Sequence record: SRR31147125_17318
DNA: 35,915 bases
Direction: 5' to 3' (one strand)
The notes beneath the pieces are model-generated. The model was not told where the DNA came from. It was given only the letters and a program-made list of their open reading frames with translations, and searched no databases. Position 1 is the first letter of the stretch; every line of letters begins with the position of its first letter. This document shows, one piece after another, positions 19,378 through 28,890 of this stretch. A program made the position numbers and the translations under genes.

Positions 19378-20334
19378 ATGAAGAAATTAATTTTTGCATT
19401 ACTTACCCTTGTTTTTGGTATATCACTGGCTTCATGTCAATCTGAGGAAAACTATGATATAGTAGTTACGATGTACACACATTATGATTTCGCCAAAGAG
19501 ATTGTCGGTGATGAGTTATCCGTTAAAATGTTAGTCCCTATCGGTGAAGGCATTCATGATTTTGAAGCTTCTAGCCAAGATATGGTCTATATAGAGAATG
19601 CTAAACTTTTCGTATACACCAGTGAACATATTGATTCATGGATTACTGATCCAGAAAATATCGGTGGTGATGATACAATCGTATTAAACATGGAGAATGC
19701 GATTGAGCATGATCATGAAGAAACTAGTACAGGTCTAGTTCTTTTATCAGAAGATGAAGAAGATGATCACGATCATGAGCATGATGATGATGCTCATTAT
19801 TGGGTAGATCCTCATAACGCACAATTAATGGTAGAACATCTATTAGAAGCAATTCTCGAAATTGATGATGAAAACTCTACAGTGTATACAGAAAATGCAG
19901 AAACACTAATTGAGCGTTTAGAAACACTTGAAAGTGATTTTCTAGATTATCTATCAGAACAGACTGACATACCTACTATTTACGTTGCAGGGCATAATGC
20001 ATTTGCAAGTTTCGGTGCTCACTTTGGACTAGATATGGATTCTATTTTTGATGAATTTGAGCCTGATGCAGTGCTATCAAGTAGCGAACTTCTTACATTT
20101 GTAAATAAAGTTTTAGAATCGAATGCATCTTATATATTTATCGATGCACTTGAATCACCTATTGCAGCAAATGCGATTAAAGAAAGTCTAAAAGACCAAC
20201 ATGACTATGATTTGACAGTTTTAACATTATATGCATATCAAAATGTCGTACAATCTGATTATGATGACGAAGTATCTTATGTCACATTATTTGAAAGAAA
20301 CATAGAAAGTATTAAAACAGCAATCGAGGGATAA
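19378..20334 (+). CDS. znuA: Zn/Mn ABC transporter substrate-binding lipoprotein (ZnuA/AdcA-like)
   Basis: Lipobox LASC, GIHDFE, His/Asp-rich loop DHDHEHDDDAHYW and HNAF. Confidence 0.92.
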   Translation: MKKLIFALLTLVFGISLASCQSEENYDIVVTMYTHYDFAKEIVGDELSVKMLVPIGEGIHDFEASSQDMVYIENAKLFVYTSEHIDSWITDPENIGGDDTIVLNMENAIEHDHEETSTGLVLLSEDEEDDHDHEHDDDAHYWVDPHNAQLMVEHLLEAILEIDDENSTVYTENAETLIERLETLESDFLDYLSEQTDIPTIYVAGHNAFASFGAHFGLDMDSIFDEFEPDAVLSSSELLTFVNKVLESNASYIFIDALESPIAANAIKESLKDQHDYDLTVLTLYAYQNVVQSDYDDEVSYVTLFERNIESIKTAIEG

Positions 20335-20335
20335 A

Positions 20336-21007
20336 ATGATTAAATATCAACATGTGAATGTATATTTCAATACGTATCATGCACTTAAAGATGTCAGTTT
20401 TACCATTAATAAAGGTGATTTCCTACATATTATAGGCGCTAATGGTAGTGGTAAATCCACACTCGTTAAAACACTTGTCGGTTTACTCAAACCCTCTAGT
20501 GGAACCATAGAGATTCATACAGATAAAATGGGTTATCTACCTCAAAAACTAGAGGTTAAAAAGCAATTCCCTATGACCGTCAAAGAAGTGATTTATAGTG
20601 GGTTAAATCGAAAAAGCATACGTATCTCACATGAAGATTTATCATTAATCAAAACATGGCTTGAGCGGATGGAAATCCCAGAACTCATCCATTCAAGTAT
20701 GATTAATTTATCGGGTGGACAGCAACAAAGAGTATATTTAATTCGAGCTTTAATTAGTCAACCTGAGTTATTAATACTTGATGAACCTACTTCTGCGCTT
20801 GATCCTTCTTTTAGAGAAAAGTTTCACAAATTGCTCTATCAATTACAACAAGAACAACATATTACAATTATTCATGTCACACATGATTTAACAGATGCGG
20901 TTAAGAACAACTGTAAAATCATGTATGTTAATCAAAGCATTGAATTTTTCGGATGCTATCAAGACTTTAATAATTTTGAACATAGGGGGCACCATCATGA
21001 TCATTGA
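20336..21007 (+). CDS. znuC: Metal ABC transporter ATP-binding protein
   Basis: GANGSGKST, GYLPQ, LSGGQQQR, LDEPT, VTHD and a His-rich tail HRGHHHDH. Confidence 0.92.
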   Translation: MIKYQHVNVYFNTYHALKDVSFTINKGDFLHIIGANGSGKSTLVKTLVGLLKPSSGTIEIHTDKMGYLPQKLEVKKQFPMTVKEVIYSGLNRKSIRISHEDLSLIKTWLERMEIPELIHSSMINLSGGQQQRVYLIRALISQPELLILDEPTSALDPSFREKFHKLLYQLQQEQHITIIHVTHDLTDAVKNNCKIMYVNQSIEFFGCYQDFNNFEHRGHHHDH

Positions 21008-21809
21008 TCTCTTACAGTATGATTTTTTTCAAACAGCTTTGATCATAGGTATTGCGTTAGCTATATCAGCTGCACTACTTAGTCCTTTTCTTGTTTTAAA
21101 CCAACAAGCGATGATTGCAAACGGACTTGCTCATACGAGTTTCACTGGATTAGCTCTAGGTATTTTATTAGTTGATGAACCTCTACTGATTTCAGTCCCA
21201 TTTGTGATGCTTGCATCACTATTGATTAAATATCTATCAACAAAAATGAATGGCGATGCTGCTATTGGACTAGTCAGTGCATTTGCTTTCGCTGTGGGTA
21301 TGATTGTGATAAAAAAAGGTGAAGGCTTCACTTATTCTGTCGAGTCACTGATTTCTGGTAATATATTTACCGTGACAAATACGATGCTCATTTTTGGGCT
21401 TGTTACGACTGTACTTATTTTACTTTTTGTCATTAAATATTATCAAAAACTATTTTTAATGACTTATGATTATGATTATGCCAAGTTTTCAGGTATTAAA
21501 GTACAAGTCTTAGGCTATGTATTATCAGCACTCACTGCATTTTTTATTGCAATCGGTGTTAGAACAATTGGTGTATTACTGATATCATCTTTTGTGATAT
21601 TCCCTTCAGTGATATCATCCCAACTCACAAAAAGTTTTAAAATGACATTAATTGTAGGCGTCATCACTTCAGTAATCACAACGATTGTTGGTATCTTTCT
21701 AGCACATCCATTTTCAATACCATCAGGACCAGTCATCGTTGTGCTATATACATTTATTTTAGGTATCATTATTTTATCTAAAAAGCTTAAAGGAGATTTT
21801 CTATCATGA
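20997..21809 (+). CDS. znuB: Metal ABC transporter permease
   Basis: ANGLAHTSF.G, IGVLLISS and PSGPVIV with many TM helices. ATG 20997 follows AGGGGG (ORF track 20895). Confidence 0.92.
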   Translation: MIIDLLQYDFFQTALIIGIALAISAALLSPFLVLNQQAMIANGLAHTSFTGLALGILLVDEPLLISVPFVMLASLLIKYLSTKMNGDAAIGLVSAFAFAVGMIVIKKGEGFTYSVESLISGNIFTVTNTMLIFGLVTTVLILLFVIKYYQKLFLMTYDYDYAKFSGIKVQVLGYVLSALTAFFIAIGVRTIGVLLISSFVIFPSVISSQLTKSFKMTLIVGVITSVITTIVGIFLAHPFSIPSGPVIVVLYTFILGIIILSKKLKGDFLS

Positions 21810-22177
21810 GAATGACAAAACAAAGAAAACAAATTTTAGATGTATTTAACCAACATCAAAAGCCATTAAGTGCTGAAATGATTGATGCATTATTACCAGA
21901 TAATGCACTTAATTTATCAACGATTTATAGAACTTTAGAAAAATTCTATGATGAAGAAATTATATCAAAATCGTCGATTAATCACACACATTACTATTAT
22001 CTTAACGATCATAAACATCACCATTATATGATTTGTCTATCATGTCATAAAATGATTGAAATCGATTGTCATTTACATGATTTTGAATCCAAGGTTTCTA
22101 AAGCTCATGATTTTAAAGTCACACATCATGATATGACCTTATATGGTTATTGTCACGATTGCCAAAAACAATTATAA
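21806..22177 (+). CDS. zur: Fur family transcriptional regulator (Zur-like)
   Basis: MTKQRKQIL, STIYRTL, HHHYMICLSC and YGYCHDC. Last gene of the Zn ABC operon. Confidence 0.85.
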   Translation: MRMTKQRKQILDVFNQHQKPLSAEMIDALLPDNALNLSTIYRTLEKFYDEEIISKSSINHTHYYYLNDHKHHHYMICLSCHKMIEIDCHLHDFESKVSKAHDFKVTHHDMTLYGYCHDCQKQL

Positions 22178-22183
22178 AATAAT

Positions 22184-22229
22184 AAACCCTCGAAAAGTCT
22201 GCAATAACAAACTTTTCGGGGCTTTTTTT
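22184..22229 (+). terminator. Terminator-like hairpin between convergent zur and TPS/TPP
   Basis: CCCTCGAAAAGT-loop-ACTTTTCGGGG followed by CTTTTTTT. Confidence 0.75.
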
Positions 22230-22273
22230 ATATATTAAATACTGATTATTCACTTTTAAAAATACTTTTACAA

Positions 22274-24438
22274 TTACTCAAGCGTTCTTTGCGTTAAATC
22301 TTTTAACATCTTTTTAAAGTTTTTATCTGTAAGCAATCGATGTTTTGCAGCTGTTTGTCCAAAGCCTATTTTAATACTAAACGCATCAGGTAATGCTTTA
22401 AACATATCTTCATCTGTTGTATCATCACCTGCAACAAGTATAAAGTCATAGTCTTCTTCATTGGTAAACAATCTTGTTGCATTACCTTTATTCACGCGTT
22501 GATCTTTAACCTCTAAAACCATATTACCTTGTTGGATTTCAATTGGTGTCGTACCTTTGATTGAATAGAGTGCGTCTTTAATTTCAGATAATTTAACAGA
22601 TACCATTTCTGGCTCAGCTTGTCTGTAATGAAGTGCAATAGAATGAGATTTTTCTTCTATAAATGATCCTGGCATTCTATCGACATACATTTCTAAGACA
22701 TGTCTAATGGATGGTTTCCATTCACTTTCAATATTAATTGTTTTTTTCCAATCTTTACCTGTTTTCTTATACCAAAGGCCATGATCACCAACTAAATTTA
22801 CCTGCATTTGACTAAACCACATATCAAGCGTTTCATGATCTCTACCTGAAATAATAACGACAGTATTATTTGGATTTGCGATGATTTTATTTAATAATGA
22901 TTTTAACGCTCTTGTTGGAGCAGCTTGCATAGGTGTTTTTTTAAACTCAGCAAGTGTTCCATCATAATCAAGGAAAAACATGCGTTTCTTGCTTTGATCA
23001 TATGCATTAAAAATAACATCTTTATCAATCATTTGGTCAATTGGCATCTTTATTTGTTTAGGAAATTCAATTTGTTCTAAACGATGAATAAATTCTTGTG
23101 CCCAAAAACTAACATTATATCGCTTAATTCTTTCCCTCATGATTTTGTTTCTTCTGATTTTTCTTTCTTTGATAATTCTAAGGCTGTTTTTATAGATTCT
23201 GCAATTTGAATTTCATCATTAGGATTAATGATTATTGCTTCACTCAATTCACTTGCAGCGCCTGCAGTTTCACTAATAATTAAAGTGGCAAGATTATCCG
23301 TTCTCGCTGCAATATATTCTTTTGCAATTAAATTCATACCATCTCTAAGTGGTGTCACTAGCAAAATGTCTGATGCTTTATAATAAGCAATTAAATCATC
23401 TTGGCTAAATGATTTAAAATAATACCAAATAGGCATCCAATCTCTATTTGCAAATGAACCATTGATTTGTGAGACAAGTATTTCAATCTCTGATCTTAAT
23501 TGATCATAAAATGGTAGTGATTGTCTTGATGGAGCCACAATTAAGTTCAATCTGACCTTGCCTACATATTTAGGGTTTCTATCTAAAAAAGCTTTATATG
23601 CCTTAATACGTTCGATAATACCTTTTGTATAATCGAGTCGATCCACGGATAAAATATTTTGCATACCTGGTGTGATATCTATAGGATTATCCACTTCATG
23701 TGATGAAAAATAGTCATAATCTATTCCCATTGGAAATGCATCTATTTCAATTTGTCGTTGATTATATGCAATTTTATAAAACTGATGATTAATATTTAAT
23801 ATACGTCTCACACTACTCAAAAAGTGTCGGACATAATCATAAGTATGAAAACCTATAAGATCTGCACCTAATATACCTTTTAATAGTTCTTCTTTCCACA
23901 CAAGCAGTCTAAATAATTCAGATGAAGGAAACGGTATGTGTAAGAAAAATCCAATTTTCACTGTAGGATGATTTTCTTTAATTAATTGTGGTAACAGCAT
24001 CAATTGATAATCGTGAATCCATACTGTTGAATCTTCTTCAATAAATGGTTTCATATCTTCATAAAATTGAAGATTTACTTTTTTGTAGCGTTGCCAATTA
24101 TCATTATCATATTCAGTTAAATTTTGAAAATAGTGGAACAAAGGCCAAATCGTACGATTTGAAAAACCTTCATAGTATAATTCAACATCTTTTTCTGATA
24201 AATAAATTGGGAAACATTTATAGTTTTCAACTAAGTGAGACTCAATATCTTCTAATTGAGATTTTCTTATACGATCACTTGCAAATCCTGGCCACCCCAC
24301 CCAGAGTGCATCAGCTTTCTCATGAAAGCTTTTTAAACCTGTCGCAAGACCTCCAATACTTTTAAAGTAACTGGCTTGTTTTTTATTTATTTTTACTGTC
24401 ACAGGTAATCGATTTGATACAAATATCATTTTACTCAA
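22274..24438 (-). CDS. Bifunctional trehalose-6-phosphate synthase/phosphatase (OtsA-OtsB fusion), split by a 1-nt frameshift at 23158-23162
   Basis: GT20 motifs VSNRLP, WPLFHY, WIHDYQL, DRLDYTKG and RDGMNL. HAD motifs FLDYDGTL, SGR, NKG and GDDTTDEDMF. Adding one A gives ...SKKEKIRRNKIMRERIKRY..., 721 aa from TTG 24438. Confidence 0.92.
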
Positions 24439-24472
24439 AAAAATCATCTCCTTTATATCAATTATAACATAT

Positions 24473-24506
24473 AAAAAAAGCATAAACCTAACACGGTTTA
24501 TGCTTT
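24473..24506 (-). terminator. Intrinsic terminator after the 4-TM hypothetical gene
   Basis: AAAGCATAAACC-6nt-GGTTTATGCTTT followed by a T-run on the minus strand. Confidence 0.85.
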
Positions 24507-24887
24507 ACTTAATAATTTCAAATGAATGAGTAATCCAAATGCAGCTATACATGTTAATAAAGCAGCAGCAACAATTGCAAGTATCATTTGATCAACACTT
24601 TCAAAAGATTGCATAATAATTTGTACGACATAAATAAAGAAATATGCGTATAAGCTTACTCTAATTGATCGATAGTTTTTAGGATCGATCTCTACAACCA
24701 TTGCATCTTCTGATTTATAGATTAATACCACCCAAACTATAAAACCAATCGCCAATGCTAGTATAATAAAACTATACCATGGTGCTGATTCAGCAAGAAA
24801 ATAGTTTAATGCAACATTAATGCCTAAAACAATAAATGATATAAACAAAATACTTTGAATTCTTAAATTTTTTCGATAAATTCCCAT
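24498..24887 (-). CDS. Hypothetical membrane protein (4 TM)
   Basis: AAGGAG RBS, four hydrophobic segments and its own terminator. No family recognised. Confidence 0.8.
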   Translation of the reverse strand: MGIYRKNLRIQSILFISFIVLGINVALNYFLAESAPWYSFIILALAIGFIVWVVLIYKSEDAMVVEIDPKNYRSIRVSLYAYFFIYVVQIIMQSFESVDQMILAIVAAALLTCIAAFGLLIHLKLLSKA

Positions 24888-24953
24888 TTTAATTCTCCTT
24901 TATGTTTTTTAAATAATTTTTTGTTATAATAATATGTGAAATGAGGTATATAT

Positions 24954-25442
24954 ATGGAAAAAGCAATGTACCCTGGTACTTTTGACCCACTCACAATTGG
25001 ACACTTAGATATTATCAAGAGAGCTTCAAGATTTGTCGATGAACTTCACATTGTCGTTGCTGACAATTATAAGAAGGCACCGATATTCACAACTGATGAA
25101 CGCATTGAAATGATTAGAAAAGTTACACAAGATTTAGACAATGTCGTCATTACATATTCTAAAGATCTAGTCGTTAGATATTGTCAAAAAAATGATATTA
25201 AATTACTCATTCGAGGATTACGAAACATCCAAGATTATGAGAACGAATATATGCTCTATCAATTTAATAGAAATTTAAATCGTCATGTGGAAACGCTCAT
25301 CTTATTCCCATCATCTAGAAATCACTTTGTATCTTCTTCAGCCATCAAAGAACTTATCGTTCATCATGCTGATATTTCACCCTATGTCCCGCGTGAAATC
25401 ATCAAAGAAGTACAAGCTAAAATTAGAACTTCATTTAAATAA
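24954..25442 (+). CDS. coaD: Pantetheine-phosphate adenylyltransferase
   Basis: YPGTFDPLTIGHLDII, IRGLR and VSSSAIKE. Confidence 0.97.
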   Translation: MEKAMYPGTFDPLTIGHLDIIKRASRFVDELHIVVADNYKKAPIFTTDERIEMIRKVTQDLDNVVITYSKDLVVRYCQKNDIKLLIRGLRNIQDYENEYMLYQFNRNLNRHVETLILFPSSRNHFVSSSAIKELIVHHADISPYVPREIIKEVQAKIRTSFK

Positions 25443-26211
25443 TGTTAATGGATTTAAAAAAGTCATACAAAGCATCCTTATCAATATGAGGCGCAATATG
25501 TGTGGCTTTTTCTTTTAATGCTTCAAATCTTGTGTTTTCCATCGCTATGGCTACATCAGCATAAGCTAACATTTCAATGTCATTAGAACCATCACCTACA
25601 CATATAAGTTTATCATATGTTTGATTAGCTAAAGCTTTTTTTATACCAAAAGCTTTATTGATATGTGGATACGTAAAATCCGCACCCCCAAAGTGCCAAG
25701 GATAGACTCTAAACTTATGTGATTGTTTTGCAATCTCAAGTATTTGAGAATCATAATCTGCAAACATCCACAATTGATAAACAGGCGTATGCTCATAAAA
25801 TTTATCATCAACTTTAGGAAAAACACCACGGAGTGCTTTCATGCCATAGCCAATACGATCATCCCAAAAATTCACTGCTTCATCATTGATGCCAACCATA
25901 CCAATATTGAAATCTTTGCCTTTAGTTAATGCTAATATTTCCTTAATATCTTCTGTTTTAATCGGTTCACTATAAACCATTTGATCATCAACACATACAG
26001 CTGAACCATTAACAAGTATCTTATATTTAAAATATTGAAGTACTTCTTCGATTACTTCTAATTTTTTTAAGCCTCTTCCTGTTGCTACTCCTAATTCAAT
26101 ATCAGGGTTATCATTTAGAGCACGAAGAAGTTTAATGGTGTTAGGTAACACTTTTTTATGTGTTTTACTATAGATTGTATTGTCTACATCAAAAATAATG
26201 ATAGTTTTCAT
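25435..26211 (-). CDS. Cof-type HAD superfamily hydrolase
   Basis: FDVDNT, ATGR, NGS, NKAFG and GDGSNDIEML. Confidence 0.92.
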   Translation of the reverse strand: MKTIIIFDVDNTIYSKTHKKVLPNTIKLLRALNDNPDIELGVATGRGLKKLEVIEEVLQYFKYKILVNGSAVCVDDQMVYSEPIKTEDIKEILALTKGKDFNIGMVGINDEAVNFWDDRIGYGMKALRGVFPKVDDKFYEHTPVYQLWMFADYDSQILEIAKQSHKFRVYPWHFGGADFTYPHINKAFGIKKALANQTYDKLICVGDGSNDIEMLAYADVAIAMENTRFEALKEKATHIAPHIDKDALYDFFKSINII

Positions 26212-26316
26212 AAAATTTACCTCAAAATTATTATAACATATACGCTTACTACTATCATTTTTTTAAATTTTGTTATACAATAGAAATGAACTTTTTCGTT
26301 TTCGGAGGATTTGAAT

Positions 26317-28023
26317 ATGAAAAACCCTTTACTTAAACCCGGTGAGGTTGGTATTTTTGCACTAGGTGGATTAGGTGAAGTCGGAAAAAACATGTATATT
26401 TATGAAATAGAAGATCAAATTTTTATTGTTGACTCAGGTATATTATTTCCTGATGATCATCTTCTAGGCATTGATTATGTTATTCCTGATTTTACTTATC
26501 TCGTAGAAAATCAAGATCGCATCGTTGGATTATTTATTACCCATGGGCATGAAGACCATATTGGTAGCATCCCATATTTACTCAGACAAGTACAAATACC
26601 TAAGATTTATGCTGCAGGTATTGCTGTCGATCTAATTGAATATAAATTTGTTGAACATAAAGGTATTAAAGTACCTCCAATAGAGGTATTTAAAAGCCAC
26701 TACACTTATAAATTTAAAAATACTCAAATATCATTTATTAGAATGACGCATTCTATTCCTGATATGTTTGGTATTGTATTTAGAACACCGATTGGTATTT
26801 TATTCCACACAGGTGATTTTAAAGTTGATTTAACACCGGTTGGACCACCAGCAGAGTTTGACAAACTCGCAAAAATTGGTAGCGAAGGTGTTTTATGTAT
26901 GTGTTCCGATTCAACGAATGCTGAGCGTGATGAACTCATTGTCTCTGATTCTAAAATTGGTAAATCTATTAATGAATTATTTTCAAGAATCGATGGTAGA
27001 ATCATTATTGCTACTTTCGCATCGAACTTATACCGTATTCAACAAATTATTGAAGCCGCTGTTTTAAATAAACGTAAAATTGCTGTTTTCGGACGCTCAA
27101 TGGATCGTGCGATTGAGGCAGGTATGCAAACAGGTTATATAAAAATGCCAAAAAACACCTTGGTTAAAGGTGATGCATTAAAACGTCTAAGACCTGAACA
27201 AGTGACACTACTTGTCACTGGTTCTCAAGGTGAACCACTTGCTGCTTTATCAAGAATTGCAAACGGATCACACAGACAAGTACAAGCCATGAAAGGTGAT
27301 ACAGTGATTTTCTCTTCTTCTCCTATTCCAGGAAATCAAGAAGGTGTAAATCGTACCATTAATCAATTGTTCAGACAAGATGTTAATGTTATTACACATG
27401 GACCAATTGCTGATACACATACATCAGGACATGGCGCACAAAATGACTTAAAACTTATCTTAAGTTTAGTTAAACCTAAATTATTTATTCCAATTCACGG
27501 TGAACACCGCATGTTAAAACATCATAAACAGCTTGCTATTGATTGCCAAGTCAATCCAAAAAATATTTTGATTATGGACAATGGACAAGTTGCTGCTGTT
27601 TCCAAAGAAGGCATACGCTATGCTGGAAATGTAACTTCTGGCGTTGTATATATTGATGGTAGAGGTATAGGAGATATTGGTTCATCAATTATTAGAGAAA
27701 GAAAACTACTGAGTGAAGAAGGTTTATTCTCAGTCATTTTCTCAATTAATTCAGAGAAGAAAAAACTCATTAACTCACCAACCATTATATCTAGAGGATT
27801 TATATATATGCGTGGCAACGAGGCACTCACAAAACAATTAGCCAATGAGGCAAAACAAGTTGCTGAAGAAGCCTTGAAACAACGTGTATTCAATGAAAAC
27901 ACTTTAAAACAAGCCGTTATTGATTCATTAAATAAAAGAATATTTAAACTCACACAAAGAAAACCTCTTGTGCTACCAATTATTATTGATTTAGCACCTG
28001 AAATTTACACAAAGAAATCATAA
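26317..28023 (+). CDS. rnj: Ribonuclease J
   Basis: GGLGEVGKN, THGHEDHIG, HTGDFK, TGSQGEP, HTSGH and PIHGE. ATG 26317 follows GGAGG (ORF track TTG 26311). Confidence 0.97.
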   Translation: MKNPLLKPGEVGIFALGGLGEVGKNMYIYEIEDQIFIVDSGILFPDDHLLGIDYVIPDFTYLVENQDRIVGLFITHGHEDHIGSIPYLLRQVQIPKIYAAGIAVDLIEYKFVEHKGIKVPPIEVFKSHYTYKFKNTQISFIRMTHSIPDMFGIVFRTPIGILFHTGDFKVDLTPVGPPAEFDKLAKIGSEGVLCMCSDSTNAERDELIVSDSKIGKSINELFSRIDGRIIIATFASNLYRIQQIIEAAVLNKRKIAVFGRSMDRAIEAGMQTGYIKMPKNTLVKGDALKRLRPEQVTLLVTGSQGEPLAALSRIANGSHRQVQAMKGDTVIFSSSPIPGNQEGVNRTINQLFRQDVNVITHGPIADTHTSGHGAQNDLKLILSLVKPKLFIPIHGEHRMLKHHKQLAIDCQVNPKNILIMDNGQVAAVSKEGIRYAGNVTSGVVYIDGRGIGDIGSSIIRERKLLSEEGLFSVIFSINSEKKKLINSPTIISRGFIYMRGNEALTKQLANEAKQVAEEALKQRVFNENTLKQAVIDSLNKRIFKLTQRKPLVLPIIIDLAPEIYTKKS

Positions 28024-28026
28024 AAT

Positions 28027-28062
28027 AAAAATCTACACATATCAACATGTGTAGATTTTTTT
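28027..28062. terminator. Bidirectional intrinsic terminator (rnj / exonuclease)
   Basis: AAAAATCTACACAT-atcaac-ATGTGTAGATTTTT. Confidence 0.88.
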
Positions 28063-28890
28063 ATTTCATATACGATAAAAATGCATCAAAGACATGCTTA
28101 GTCACAAGTGCATCATCAAATGCATCATGTCTTTGTAAATCATTTGATTCATAATAGGTCTTATATGCATTGAACAATCCCAAATCATTTTTTAAATTAT
28201 AATAGTCCTTATGCAATTTCAACAGATCTATAAAATCAGTTGATCGTGTGAGTACTTCTTTTTGATGAATACGATAAGAATCCTCAAGTACTGATATATC
28301 ATTTTTACCCCAAACCACTAATTTAGGATGATATTTTTTAATGATGCGTTTAAACTTTCTATAAAACACTTTATAATCAACTGCTTTTTTTTCAAACTTG
28401 ACTGGATCTATTTTTAAAAACTTTATCGTTCTTTTACTTAAGTGATCCATTAACTTTGGTTTAATATACATGGCATCTTTTACTAATACTTTTTGATTAG
28501 CTTTTGACAATATATATCCCGCTTGAATAAGTTCTGGCGTAAATCTTCTTTGTCTATATCCTGGCATCGTCATTTCAAAATCAATGAATAAATAATATTC
28601 GTTTTGATCTAAAACATCTTTCATATCATGTCTTAGTTGATTTAAATCATAAAAAGTATATCTTGGTTGTAATGATTGGATTTTATTGAAATATGCAACT
28701 TGATAATGCCATTGTTTTCCAATTTTTTTCTTCTATCTGCAATTTCAAAATCAACTAATATACCTTTTTTTAAATAATCAAAAAACGTTTTTGAAAGTCT
28801 TTTCGTTAAATAAAAACCTATTTTTCTACCTTCTATAAGTACATAGAATGTATGATATTTTGTATGAATACTATCAATGATTTTCTTCAT
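28061..28890 (-). CDS. DEDDh 3'-5' exonuclease (KapD/ERI-1-like) with an N-terminal extension, split by a 1-nt frameshift at 28723-28729
   Basis: IDFEM, WGKND and HDAFDDA motifs. Adding one A joins the 82-aa and 187-aa ORFs via RRKKIGKQWHYQVAYFNKIQSLQPRYTFYDLNQLRHDM into 276 aa. Confidence 0.82.

Noticed and set aside
19750..19800. GAT/GAA/CAT-rich low-complexity repeat
   Set aside because: It encodes the normal His/Asp-rich loop of ZnuA-type proteins.
28642..28890. Independent 82-aa small protein or toxin-antitoxin partner
   Set aside because: The -1 frame after the A7 run is open and continuous with the exonuclease, whose internal ATG has no evident RBS.
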